Shown: positions 12,728-26,590 of the stretch, one piece after another
How positions within the stretch are numbered: the first letter of the stretch is position 1
Layout of the letters: the number at the start of each line of letters is the position of its first letter
NCBI RefSeq assembly: GCF_006345805.1
Contig: NC_043008.1
Coordinates: 43,214,001 to 43,278,000, forward strand
DNA from: Octopus sinensis
Taxonomy: Eukaryota
Direction: 5' to 3'
DNA: 64,000 nucleotides
Position numbers and translations under genes: made by a program
Notes under the pieces: model-generated
Told to the model about the DNA's origin: nothing
Database searches by the model: none
Seen by the model: only the letters and a program-made list of their open reading frames with translations

Positions 12728-13046
12728 TACATATATATATATATATATATATTATTATATATATATATATATATGTTGGTGAAAAGAAAGATGAATAATC
12801 TTGTTGCAGATTAACAAAAGTTTGGCCATGGGCTCTTAGAGCCTCCTCGTTCGATTTGTTTTTGCTGCGCCTCTGTTCTGTTTTTGTTCTGCCAACGGAA
12901 TTCCTATTTCTTCCTGAAGAGAAAGACACAATATGGTCTCCTTATTCAATCGGAATTGGTAAATTGTGGCTTCGAAACACGTGTAAATGCATAAAAGTTT
13001 TCTGTTCAATCTAATCTTCGTTCAACTCCATTTCTTCAATTCACTA

Positions 13047-13092
<46 letters not shown>

Positions 13093-13142
13093 ATATATCA
13101 TACATACATACCATCACATACATACATACATACATACATACA

Positions 13143-13455
13143 TATGGTTCAGGTTCAGTCCATTACGTGGCATCTTGGGCACGTGTCTTTCCTACGGTAG
13201 CGTCGCGCCGCGAAAATCCTTTTGAGTGGATTTGATAGACGGAAACCGAAAGAAGCCTGTCATATTATATATATATATATATATATATATAGATATAGAT
13301 ATATCGCTTGACAATTGAACTTAACTGTTCAGCAAAAGAGAACCGATAGAATAAGTACTAGACTTACAAAGAATAAATCCTAAGGTCGGTTTGCTCGACT
13401 AAAGGCGATGCTCCAGCATGGCCGCAGTCAAAATGACTGAAACAAGTAAAAGAAT
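13143..13455 (+). mobile_element. SINE family C, 5' truncated
   Basis: GGTTCAGTCC...GGCATCTTGGGCA...(AT)n...GGCGATGCTCCAGCATGGCCGCAGTC tail. Confidence 0.85.
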
Positions 13456-13869
13456 ACAAGATATACATACACATACATATGCATGTAAATAAATATATAT
13501 ATATGTGTGTGTGTGTGTGCGTGTGTGTGCGTGTGTGTGCGTGTGTGTGCGTGTGTGTGCGTGTGTGTGCGTGTGTGTACATGCATACACATTTTATTTC
13601 ATTCCTGTTAGTGATTATAATGCGGCCACCCTGGAGCACCGATTTCAGTTCTTTGTATCCACAACCACTACGTGTCTCTGTGTAGGAAGGAAAATATCAA
13701 TTTCAATCCGGGGAAGGTTTTTGTATGGTATTCAGCGGGGGTGGGCAGGTTAAGGAATTTTCGAATATGGCGGCATAGGCAACATCAAACATCATATTGG
13801 GCAGCCACAGATCTTCTGAATAAGAAAGGTCTGACAGTATTGGAATTGCTTGATTCAATTCCTGACTAA

Positions 13870-14100
13870 ATTGTTTAATCAGATTTGGATACCTTTCACG
13901 CATGGACTGCGGCCATGCTGGGGCACAAGTTTGAAACGTTTTAATCCAACGAATCGATCTCAATACCTTATATTCTTTTTTTCTTTTAAGGACGGTACTT
14001 GTTCTATCGGTACTCTTTTGCCGAACCGCTAATTTACGGGGATGTGTATACATCGATACCATTTGTAAAACAATGGTGGGAGGACAAACATAGACACAAA
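13870..14100 (-). mobile_element. SINE family C, 3' half
   Basis: Reverse match to the family C tail. Confidence 0.75.
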
Positions 14101-14322
14101 GATATATATATATATAATATAATAAAGGGCTCCCAAATAAGGAAGCCTAGAGCTAGGGACACAAAAAGGGACAAATTCATCGAGAGTGAAAATCAAAAAC
14201 ATTTACCAAGAGTGAAAATCAAAATCATATATTTCTATATGAATAATATTTTGTCTAATGACTAATTCGTCTTTTGTGCTAGGTCACTGGTAATAATAAT
14301 CTATGTTATTACCCTTTTTGAT

Positions 14323-14355
<33 letters not shown>

Positions 14356-14518
14356 AGCACAACTAAAGGTTACAAACCTCATTCAGAGATAGGGAAATCC
14401 TATGAACGTACTGTTTAATTACCTGTTCAAAAAGTATTGAACCTTCTAATTAATACTCCACCGCAAGGTAACTGTATAAACCAAGGTTTATATATATTTT
14501 ATTTATTATAACAGTAAG

Positions 14519-14878
14519 ATGAGAGAATAGAAAGATGATTAATGAATTGTTATTTGCTAATTAAAAATCTGACAAGCATCCATTACAGCCGATTCAATTC
14601 AGGCTCTCGGAAAATTAATTAATGAAATTTGAAAGTCGAATCTGTTCAGGGGTAGGTACAGGTATACAAAATAGGTGTTCAATTCCTGTTTACTCAATAT
14701 GAGGAAATTGTTCACCTGCTTTGTATACCTTTGCCTACGTCTGAAGTGATTCGACTTTCAAATGATTTTTAATTAAATTAATTTTCTGAGAGCCTGAATT
14801 GAAACAGATGTAAGGAATGTTTGTCAATTTTTCAAATTAATTAATAATAACTCATTAATTACCTTTCTATTCTCTCAT
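14519..14878. mobile_element. Degenerate long-TIR palindrome (MITE-like fold-back)
   Basis: Matched blocks ATGAGAGAATAGAAAG/CTTTCTATTCTCTCAT, TTCAATTCAGGCTCTC/GAGAGCCTGAATTGAA, TTTGAAAGTCGAATC/GATTCGACTTTCAAA; arms about 160 bp. Confidence 0.75.
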
Positions 14879-14924
14879 ATAATATGTATGTATGTATAAA
14901 CGTATGTATATATGTACAACGAGT

Positions 14925-15070
14925 TACTTTCAGTTTGCATCTACCAAATCCACTCACAAGGCTTTAGTCGGTCCAAGACTATAGGAGAAGACATTTGCTT
15001 AAGGTGCCACGCAGTGGGACTGAACCCGGAACCATGGGCTTGAGAAGCAAATTCATCACTCAGCCATGTC
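14925..15070 (-). mobile_element. SINE family C, head half
   Basis: Matches 601-760. Confidence 0.85.
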
Positions 15071-15434
15071 TGCTCCCTTAGCCATGTCTGCGCCCTTTGT
15101 GAGTGATCAGAAGAGATAGTTGAGTAGGAACGAGAAAGGGGGAAGTAGTACGAGAGAGAGAGAGAGAGGGGGGCGAGTGGTTGAGAGAGAGGAATGGATG
15201 GAGACAGAGTAAAAGAGAGCAAATGAAGAAGAAAAAGAGTGTGAGAGACAATGAGCGACACAGAAGGAGAGGAGACATCTTTATAGAGAGAGGCAGAAAG
15301 ACAGACAGACGCGTGAACATATCCCTGAGTTTGTAATTGTATGAGTTGAGCCGGAAGTTGGTGGTGGTATGACAATCAGACATATTGCAATAGGGCAGGA
15401 AACGAAGGCAGTGTTTTATCATATGTATGCATAC

Positions 15435-15466
<32 letters not shown>

Positions 15467-15472
15467 ATATAT

Positions 15473-15505
<33 letters not shown>

Positions 15506-15709
15506 TCTTGGTGTATAAATGATTGATAGAGAGGTGGAGAGTTAGAGAGGGAGGTAGATGGATTGATGCATAGAAAATCGGTTACGCACTTAGTGAAATA
15601 AATGGAAAGTATACCAATCGACAGATGTAAGGATAGATATAGAAATGTATATATATATATATATACGTATAAATATAGAAGGTAATAAAGTAAAGGCTAG
15701 ATAAGTTCA

Positions 15710-15763
<54 letters not shown>

Positions 15764-16299
15764 GTATATATACATATATATGTGCGTATATGTGTGTGTA
15801 GGTGTGTGTTTGTGCCTACATACATACCTACATGCACACAAACACGCACATTTGTAAACTTCCGGCAGAACCTCCACACGCCATGGGATATTCCGGATGT
15901 TCCTTTATTCAGGCGCCGATGGGAAATCGCAGCATGCTTTGGTAATTTTCGACAGCAGCCCATTTTCGGTCAGTGCCAAGACACATCGATTGTTATCTGG
16001 AGATGTCCGTTTTATCTCTCAACAGGAATCAAACATTCAAGCACCAACGCAACACAAATGTTCTACATTTATTCCGCGAAGGCTTTTTCGATAAGATTTC
16101 TGCCGTTAGAACCGGTTACAGAGGCGTCTCACTTCTATTGTCTGGATTTGACGCTTGCGAGTCTGTTAACTCTTTAAAGTATCCAAAGATAAAGGTTTCG
16201 TTATCAAGAAATCCTAAAACACACAGGAATCAACATCTCCAGATTCCATTTCCTGCACCAATTCTAAAAACCAACATCAAACAGAACAATTTCAACAAT

Positions 16300-16520
16300 A
16301 ATAATTGTTTTAATTTCGGAACAAGGTCAGAATTTTTGAGAGGCGGATATTAGTCGATTCCGACAAACCCCGTGCTTAACCAGAAAATTTCTATATCGTC
16401 CCCTGGAGAGATAAAAGGTGCTGTCGACCCCAGCGGGATTTGAACACAGAACGTAAAGTGAAGAATCAATCCTACAGATGCCGTAAGACTTCTTGTCTGG
16501 CGTTCTAACGATTCTGCCAA
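16300..16520 (-). mobile_element. SINE family A
   Basis: Reverse of GGCAGAATCGTTAG...GTTCAAATCC...GGTCGAC. Confidence 0.8.
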
Positions 16521-17085
16521 GACACAGCACAAAAGATAATCATCAAGAAAAGAGAAGAATAAAAAAAAAAGCTGGAAATACAAAACAAAATAAAAAAAAA
16601 TAGAAGAGAACGGAAAAAAGGAAAAGAAGATTACAGCAATAATGATATCTTGCAGAGCATTAAACGCCCCCTACATCACGTGGTACAACACTATTTTATG
16701 TACAATAAATGTCTAACATTGTACTTAAATAACTTTGTTATTGACGTAGTTACTTCTCTTTCTATTACTGATGTTGTTGTTGTTGTTGTTGATGATGAAA
16801 ATGATGACGATGATGTTGATTATGATGATGATGATGATGTAGATAACGATATCTAATGTTCTTTACTAGAAATTTCTGCAATATATTACACAAACGTATC
16901 AGGGAAAACAGTTCTAAAAAGTGCAATTTTCCTCTCTATGTTCTTTCTTAAATTTCGTTATTGATTTAATAGGAAAGGAGTGCAGCATTGTTAGATTCTA
17001 TGAAGCAACCGGCAATTGTGTTGTATTATAACGTCTCATTTCTGTTTTATGTCGTATTGTAGGCCCAAATTTAATCGACTGGGTT

Positions 17086-17262
17086 GGAGGCGGTGAGCTG
17101 GCAGACTCATTACCGCGCCCGGCAAAATAGCGGTATTTTGTCCGTCTTTATGTTCTGAGTTCAAATTCCAGCAAGGTCGACTTTACCATTTGTAGTTGAG
17201 TGCTGGGGTCGTTCTAATCGATTTTCTCCCTCTTCCGAAATAGTTGTTTTTTTTCCAAAATT
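17086..17262 (+). mobile_element. SINE family A
   Basis: GGCGGTGAGCTGGCAGA...GAGTTCAAATTCC...GGTCGAC. Confidence 0.8.
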
Positions 17263-17765
17263 GGAAATCATGTCTACAAGATGTTTTATTTGTTGGTCCG
17301 GGGAGTGAAAACAATGTTTATGATGCTTCAGGGATGTGGTGAGGGTGTGACACTCAAACTGGAAGGAAGACACCTTCAAACAGGAGACTCGGCTTGACTG
17401 CTTGCAACACAGTCGACTCTGTTAAGGCAACAACATGACTGGATGATGGATTAAATCTATCACCCAGGTACGTCACGGAAGGATTTCAACTCAGAACGGG
17501 AAGAACCAGAGAAATACCAAAACATAACCCGTCCGACACTGAGAAGTATTTTTCGTTATCGTCCCCGGAATGACCAAAGGAAAGTCGACCTCACGAAGAT
17601 TAGAACTCAGGACACCAAAATTCCAGCAACGGTAGAATGATCTCTGGAATATTCCACTGAGAGGAATTCCGATTTTCTCTGTGGGCAGATGACGTCAGGA
17701 GTAATAGGGAATCGCCAAACAAATGATGGATGCAGCGACGCAACGTTATAACTCATGCCCCTTCA

Positions 17766-17833
<68 letters not shown>

Positions 17834-17994
17834 TTGCTGCCACGTGTGGATGCAATCATAACATAAGAACTGATTCTAGTTCTTCATTACTGGGGCGGTC
17901 AGGGGTCGTGTGTTGGGCGGATCTCATTCAGGCCATTAATTAATCCTTACGAGTGGTTTCTTAGGACAGTTTGTTACAATTCTTTTATCTTCCT

Positions 17995-18800
17995 TCGTCC
18001 GTCTTTACGTTTTGAGTTCAATTTTGCCTTTCATCCTTTCAGGGTCGATTAAATAAGTACCAGTTGCGCACTGGGGTCAATATAATTGACTCAATCCCCT
18101 CCTCAATGATGCTCATGTGGCAAAAATTTGAAATCATTATTCCTTTATCTTTGACTTGTTTCAGTCATTAGATTGCGGTCATGCTGGGGCACCACCTTGA
18201 AGAATTTTAGTTGAACGCATCGACCCCAGTACTTCCTTTTTTTTCTCTATTTTAAATCTGGTACTTATTCTATTTTTGCTCTTTTGCCGAACTGCTGAGT
18301 TATGGGGATGTAAATCTTTGAAACCTTGTATCTATGCTTGATACTATTATTTAAGTCCATAAAGATGGCGAGTGGGCAGAGCCGTTGGACGAAATGCTTA
18401 GCGGTATTTCGCCCGTCACTATGTTTGAGTTCAAATTCCACCGAGGTCGACTTTGCCTTTCATCCTTTCGGGGTCGATATACCAGTTGCATACTGGGGTC
18501 GATGTAATCGACTATCCCGCCTCCCGCAAATTCCAGGTCTTGTGCCTATAACAGAAAATATTATTTAATTCCTTAAAGGCCGCGAACTGGCAGAATCGTT
18601 AGCACTTTGGTCAAAATGCTTTGCGACATTTCGTCCGTCTTCACGCGCTGAGTTCAAATTCCATCGCAGTCGACTTTACCTTTCATCATTTCGAGGTCGG
18701 TAAAATGAGCACCAGTTGTGTATTGGGGTCGATGTAATCGACTTACCTACTCCACCCCAAATTGCTGGCCTTGTGCCAAAATTTGAAGCCATTATTTAAT
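17995..18800. mobile_element. SINE cluster: family A (+) at about 17995-18142, 18365-18566 and 18577-18800; family C tail (-) at about 18150-18310
   Basis: Repeated GAGTTCAAATTCC...GTCGACTTT...CTGGGGTCGAT blocks. Confidence 0.85.
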
Positions 18801-18946
18801 TCCATTGTTTTACTTTCTGAATTTGAAACACGTTGGGGGCAGATTTACTTATCCCTTTCTCTTGGGTCTTTGAAACCGGCCCTGCAATGTAATGACATCG
18901 GTTATCTCCCCTCATCCCCCTAATTCTGCATTTCGAATGTGTAACG

Positions 18947-19098
18947 CAATGTTTCTCAACGTTTTTACCCTTGCGTAACCCTTAAAATAAATTACATGTC
19001 TCAAGGAACCCATGCACAAAAAAGAAAAAAATTATACACCATATAATTCTCATAATTTTTCATCGTAATTCACGTAGTAAATATCATATATATATATC

Positions 19099-19129
<31 letters not shown>

Positions 19130-19396
19130 TGTATGTATGTATGTATGTATGTATGTATTATGTATGTATGTATTATGTATGTATGTATGTATGTATTTAT
19201 GTATGTATGTATGTATATGTATATGTATAGATATATATATATATATATTATTATATATGTAATATATATATGTATATATATTATATATTAGATATATATG
19301 TATATGTATAGATGTATGTATATATATATATATATGTGTGTGTGTATGTATATATATATATATATGTGTGTATGCATATATATATATCTATATATA

Positions 19397-19432
<36 letters not shown>

Positions 19433-19654
19433 GTGTGTGGTGTTGTTGTTATTTATTGATAAAATAATATATTAGATAGGATGATGCCTATATTACACTA
19501 TTACCAATGACCAATAATAATTGTAATGTTGTGCTTGAATAGTAATATTCCGATCGTGAAATTAGAATTAGCGTATCTCACTCTTTCTTGCGGAACCCCT
19601 AGGAATCTGTTGCGGGACCCTAGGCTTTCGAGGAACCCCGGCTGAGAAACGCTG
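18947..19654. mobile_element. hAT-type MITE expanded by an internal (TATG)/(AT) microsatellite
   Basis: Termini CAATGTTTCTCAAC and GCTGAGAAACGCTG; subterminal GGAACCC repeats. No clean 8-bp TSD. Confidence 0.7.
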
Positions 19655-20252
19655 GAAACGTCTCATCAATCAAATGAATAAAAAAAAAAGAATTACTATT
19701 TCGATTACTACTAATAGGTTTGGCGAAGCGAAGAAGAAAACTAGTACTCAAAACATGAGTAGGAGTATATCTCTAATTAATTTTTAGCCGAAGCAGCAGA
19801 ATGACTCAAGGGCCGTGAGTTTCGTTCAATATGTCTTATCAAACTAGTTAGAGATTGAATTGGGATATTATATACAGCTGATAAAAGTATTTTTCCTGGA
19901 CAGCTAGGGAACAAATACGAGCAATTACAATATCACGTGGGTGGTTCATATTTTTCAACCAGTCTGACCGTTATGCCGTTCAATAAATAAATACATAAAT
20001 ACACAAATGAGGAAAATATGTGCTTACACACACACACACACACAGACACACACACACAGACACACACACACAGACACACACACAAAGTGCTGGTGAATAT
20101 AATATAGTATATCTATATACCTGGCCTGCTCGCTTAGCCAGCGGGGTGGCGTCATTCGAAGGCTAAAACCATGGGAACGCATTGTGACCAGCGATGTGTA
20201 ACAACATCTGATGGTTTGGTCGGTCACGTGATGTGATGTGATGATATCTAGA

Positions 20253-20283
<31 letters not shown>

Positions 20284-20288
20284 ATCTA

Positions 20289-20362
<74 letters not shown>

Positions 20363-20392
20363 ATCTATCTATCTATATCTCTCTCTATCTTC

Positions 20393-20435
<43 letters not shown>

Positions 20436-20559
20436 ATGTATGTATATATCATACATATACGTAACATATACACATATATACATTCCGGCATAATTGTGGA
20501 TATACATATACGCATACACATACACATATACACACGTATATACATATATTACTAGAAAT

Positions 20560-21140
20560 GTTTATTCGGATTCCCATGACTCTTCGTCGCCATCCAATTC
20601 CGTTATTATAAATTTGAATTTGGAGTTTGAGTCATAGTGAGTCTTTCATTGGCTGATTCCACAACCATGGCTGCCACTCCTGTGGATGCATTGAGGTTAC
20701 TGTCCTGATGGAGCTTGGTGATTCTGACCATTGATCTTCTAGTATTCCTCCGCACAGCACCGATGTAACAAGCACCGTTGGCTGGCTCATTTCTGCTCCT
20801 CCGATACCTAGCTGGCAGAAACGTTAGCACGTCGGGTGAAATGCTTAGCGGTATTTCGTCTGCCGTTACGTTCTGAGTTCAAATTCCGCCGAGGTCGACT
20901 TTACTTTTCATCCTTTCGGGGTCGATAAATTAAGTACCAGTTACGCACTGGGGGTCGATGTAATCGACTTAATACCTATGTCTGTCCTTGTTTGTCCCCT
21001 CTATGTTTAGCCCCTTCTGGGCAGTAAAAAAAAATAGGTACCAAGCTGAGTGACATTCGCGAGTGATGGCACCACATTGAGCCAGGCCCCGATGTGAGGC
21101 TCGAGGGCTGAGCGGAAACCTACCAGGCGGCGCTGGTCAA
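20560..21140 (-). mobile_element. Decayed CRE/R2-type (RLE) non-LTR retrotransposon 3' region, interrupted by a SINE
   Basis: 21045-21135 (-) reads RRLVGFRSALEPHIGAWLNVVPSLANVTQLG, matching the GAWLxxxP motif. After the SINE: GAEMSQP...CGGILED and NLNASTGVAAMVVES, resembling the zinc-knuckle and RLE-end regions. Confidence 0.55.
20812..21040 (+). mobile_element. SINE family A (GTTTAGCCCC-type tail)
   Basis: Near-consensus copy; matches 50575-50800. Confidence 0.9.
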
Positions 21141-21222
21141 CTCGTAACTATAATACTACGACTGCTACTATTACTGTCATTGATATTGCAGATGTTGCTC
21201 TCCCCCTCCTCCTCCTCCTCCA

Positions 21223-21253
<31 letters not shown>

Positions 21254-22277
21254 TCAACATCTATCATAATATATATATAATTCATCGTTCATAAATTTGC
21301 AGACGGGGCACACAAATAATGAATTACACCAGAGTGGTGGTGATGATGATGATGGTCTGAGGTGTTTATGATGTCGTTTTTGTTGTCGTTGGTGGCGCTA
21401 GTGTTGGTGGTGGAGGTGGTATTAGTAGTGATTGTGGTGGTAGAGGTGGTAGAAGTTTCGTTGTTCTTCTTGCTCCCAGGTCAACATTCAAAGGAATTCC
21501 ACTCGTGACCACCGTGTCTTATTTTTCCTCTTAAGACGGTAGAGTTTGACTTTAGGGAGATGCAGCTGTTATTTCTAGCATGTCATGAGATGACATAGAG
21601 ACACCCGACAACAATGGCAGTGGCGGTAGAGGTGGTGGTTACGGTAGTATACCAGTTGTGATTGTGTTGGTAGTGGTGGTTGTGGTATTGGTGGTGGTTG
21701 TGATAATGGTGGTGGTGGTTGTGATAGTGGTGGAGGTTAAGGTAATGGTGTTGGTTGTGATAATGGTGGTGGTTGTTGTGGTAGTTGTGGTGCTTGTGAT
21801 AGTGGTGGTGGTTGTGATAGTGATGATAGTGGTGGTGATGATGTTGGTTGTGGTGGTAGTAGTATTGGAGGTGGTACCATTAGTTTCACTGCTGTACCCC
21901 ATACATATTCGTTCCGCATGAATTCACTTGCATCTAAATCAGTACAAAGCCATCAACTTCCACCTCGATTCCGTCACCTCGCCAACATCCTATCAACCCA
22001 CTGATCAATACAGCCGTTTCACTCCATTAACTACCCGGGGTGTGTTGTTACTGTTGTTGTAGTTGGTAGCAGCAATGGACATAGAGCGATAGTGGTGGTG
22101 GCGGTGGTGGTGGTGGTAAGTATTGGAAGTGATCGGAAGTTGATATCGATACGTTCAGATTGAACTGTCCTTTCCTGTCGGGAATCTCATCAAACTACCA
22201 GTGTGTTGTCTGTCAGTGTGTGTATTTGTGTGTGTGTGTGTGTGTGTGTATGTGTGCATACATACATACATACATTC

Positions 22278-22355
<78 letters not shown>

Positions 22356-22722
22356 AATATATATATATATATACACATATATATATATATATAAATATAT
22401 ATATATAATCACACATATGTATGTATATATATAATACATTTGTATATATATATATATATATATTATATATCTATATGTGTGTGTATATAGATGTATATAT
22501 ATACACACACACACATATTATATATACACGCAAGCAGAGACACACACACTCACACATGCATATGTATTGGTTAGAGTGTCTGAGTATAAAGTATATGTAA
22601 ATATATATTCGTGTTTCTGTTTATATAAGGTTATGTTTCAAATACGTTTTAGGAAAACCTGATACACTCACACAAACATACATATATACATATATGCATA
22701 TATGTATACATATGCATGTGTG

Positions 22723-22756
<34 letters not shown>

Positions 22757-23189
22757 TGTATGTACGTATGTGCAAGTGTCTTTGCTAAATGCGTATTGTA
22801 ATTTCCTCGAATATAAGTGTTTGTGTTTGTGTGTATGCATATCTTCATATCGAAAGGTGTGTTTGCAGACGATAAAATCGAAATAACGAATGTGTAAGCT
22901 TTGCAATGACCGATTGACGGAAATTATATAACCAGTCAGCCTTGCGTATAACTTCAGCAACAATTTGGAAATTACGTTGGAGATGTAGCAGAGAGAACAT
23001 GCTAGAGCTTCAGAAGGGAGGACATTTTATTGCAGATATCTCAGAGGAACTAAGAAAGATTCCAGTGGAATTGCCAAGTTCCTGTTGCTGCGTATATACA
23101 CTCGAAGTATTCTGGTACAAATACTGAACCTTATGATTTTCTATTGATTACGGAGGTGTTTATGTATATAGATATGCATAGCTATACAT

Positions 23190-23800
23190 ATATACACACA
23201 TACAATACATACATACATACATACATACATACGTACGTACGTACGCACATACATACATACATACATACATACATACATACATACACACATACATACATAC
23301 ATACATACATACATACATACATAATACATACATACATACATACATACACACATACATACACACATACATACATACATACATACACACATACATACATACA
23401 TACATACATACACTACATACATACACACATACATACATACATACATACATACATAATACACACATACATGCATCATACATACACACATACATACATACAT
23501 ACATACATACATACCACACATACATACATACATACATACACACATACATACATACATACATACACACATACATACATACATACATACATACATAATACAT
23601 ACATACATACATACATACACATACATACATACATACATACATACATACATACATACATACATACATACATACATACATACATACATGCATGCATGCATAC
23701 ATACATACATACATACATACATAATACATACATGCATACATACATACATACATACATACTTACATACATACATACATACGTACATACATACATATATGTA
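23190..23800. repeat. (ATAC)n microsatellite
   Basis: Directly visible. Confidence 0.97.
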
Positions 23801-24134
23801 TACATATATAAATATGTGTATATATATCTATTTATATTATATAATATACACATATATATATAGTAGAAATTTACAGAAAAGCAAGAGATGAAGAAAGGTG
23901 GTTACAACAACAAAGAGGTGTATTAGTCTGACATACATATTTAAAAATCCTACTTATCCCGAAAGTTTCGTTAGATTCGGCATCGTCAAAGTCTTATCTT
24001 ATCTGTTTTACCCATTTAAAATTTCCTTGAAAATGGTGGATTATATGTTATAATGTAATTTAGGAATAGTTCAATAAAATTCTACTGAAACGGACGTTGT
24101 AAGTTTTTAAACCTCATATGTGTTCTACTCTCTC

Positions 24135-24205
<71 letters not shown>

Positions 24206-24213
24206 CACATATA

Positions 24214-24245
<32 letters not shown>

Positions 24246-24320
24246 ATAATAATAATAATAGGGGATATAATTCCAACTTACAGGGAAGTTCATTTAGAAA
24301 TACTAAATCAAATTTCCAAA

Positions 24321-24362
<42 letters not shown>

Positions 24363-24924
24363 GACGGACAAGAGAAACAACAATTAGAAGGAAAGTCAAA
24401 AAAACAAGACAGGTCACTCTTGGCTTTCTTTCATCAGTCAAGTACTAGAAGTCACAACCATTTCGGACAGTTACACTTGAGGTTGTTCGATCTGATTGTC
24501 TCCAAAAAAGTCTACGCTAAGAGCTTTAGATCCCTTTGTAAGAAAGCTGGCAAATGTGTATGGCAACAAAGATGAAAGAAACAAAACAAAAACGGAGAAC
24601 ATGTTACACAATTACGAATACAAACAACAAGAAATAACAACAGGCGTCTTTCGACTGAGAACAATTCAGATTAAGCTGGTGTGCATGAAGTGACCGTCAG
24701 CAGTCAGGCCAAGAAAGAAAGATCATGGCTGTCTGAGATCTTCAAATAAGTTATGCAAGTACATTGCTTGGAATTTCCACACGTTTTAAATGACCTCATC
24801 ACGTTTTTTTTTTCCTTTTAAATGTTTGACGTTGAATAAAATCATACCTTCATAAGGATTTTATAAAACCTTTTAACACAAATTTTTGATATTTAAAAAA
24901 ATGCTGAAGCGATATTTTTATCAT

Positions 24925-25015
24925 TGCTCATGCAGCAAATTTGTCCTTCGGCGAATTTGTACTTCGGCGAATTTTCCTACAGCAAAAGTGCTTAAGGCGA
25001 ATATTTCGGACAAGT
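24925..25015. mobile_element. End of an unclassified MITE with tandem CGGCGAATTT subterminal motifs
   Basis: Resembles the right end of 62590-62840. Confidence 0.45.
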
Positions 25016-25922
25016 TTGTAACTTTTTCTTGCAGCTAGCTGAGGTTTCTAAGAAACAACTGATGTCACTAGCTCGTTCTTTGCTCCAAAGCTGTACACAA
25101 CGAATGATATTTTTCGGTACTTGGCTGTTTGTGAAGTGAATGAGAAACACACAAAGCCTTTTTATAGGACTTCAGCATTCACTTAACGTCCTCGCTTCTT
25201 TTAGTGTTCGATATGTTCTCCACAAAAGTTTTTTGCCCAATGCAGAGGTGGGAGCATCAACACACTTTTTGCTATAGAGAAGACGAGTGTACCACACATT
25301 GTATTGGTTGTTAATAAACATAATTACACAAAACATGACACGGAATAATTAATTGGGAAAAGATTTTCAGCAAACTGTTGCAACGAAATCTCATTAATTT
25401 TGCTTTTATTTACTCACAATACATGGCTTTTTTTTTACGGAAAATAGTCGCCATAGTAACGCTGACGATGCAGGGAACTTCATTCAGCAGAACTGTATCA
25501 CCGATAAAGTAATGTATTTTATCCTATATGTACGGTCAGGTGACCAACATTAAACGTTTTCTCTTTCGTGGTATCAAACCCCGAGTGTCATGGTTACGAA
25601 GAGAATTTGTTAATCAGTCCATCATGACCACGTCTATTTTTTTCTACACGCTTAGGCATATACACACATGCACACAAAACAGTCACAAAACAAAACAAAA
25701 TCACGCATATATATATTCACGGAACGAAACGCATACGCATACTTACACATGCACAAGCACACATATGTAAAAGTGCGTGTTATGAATGTGTGTTTGGGAG
25801 CCACAGATAGAAAAACTGGAGGCGCAGCCATTTTGTAATTTCATAGCGAAACTAAATTGTGTGTTGACTAAAAATACGCAAGGAAAGTTTTATCTCACAT
25901 TTCAGATTATACTTATGCATGT

Positions 25923-26004
<82 letters not shown>

Positions 26005-26291
26005 GAAAGCGAGAGTGGTGAGGGAGTGCGTCGTGTAGGGACAAAAAAAAGCATTTGTGGGGGAGAGGATAGTTTACGAGGCAATGCTATTAAGAGACAA
26101 GAGTGGTTTTGAAGGAGCCAGAGAGGGAGAGTGCTTTTGTAGGAGAGACAAAAATTGAACGAGTGTTTAGAGTAGAGGCGACGTGGAGGCGGTGTCGAGG
26201 CGGTGGGGATGCGGGAATCTTATAAAACATTCGATGTCTTTGCACTGAACTGTAAAACTGATTTATGGCGTTTATATAAAACTGATTTATA

Positions 26292-26590
26292 TGAAGAAGA
26301 AGAAGAAGAAGAAGAAGAAGAAGAAGAAGAAAAAAGAAAAAGAAAAAGAACGAAAAAGTAAAAGGACGAGGAAGAGGGAGCGGAGGAAAAATTTTAGAAG
26401 AAAAAGAAGAAGAAGAAGAAGAAAAGAAGAAGAGAAGAAGAAGAAGAAGAAAAAAGAAAAAGAAAAAGAAAAAGTAAAAGGACGAGGAAGAGGAGCAGGA
26501 GGAAAAGAAGTTTAAGAAGAAAAAGAAGAAGAAGAAGAAGAAGAAGAAGAAGGAGGAGGGGGAAGAGGAGGAGGAGGAAAAGAAGAGGGA
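26292..26590. repeat. (GAA)n purine tract containing a tandem duplication of about 120 bp
   Basis: AAAAAGTAAAAGGACGAGGAAGAGG occurs at about 26353 and 26470. Confidence 0.9.
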
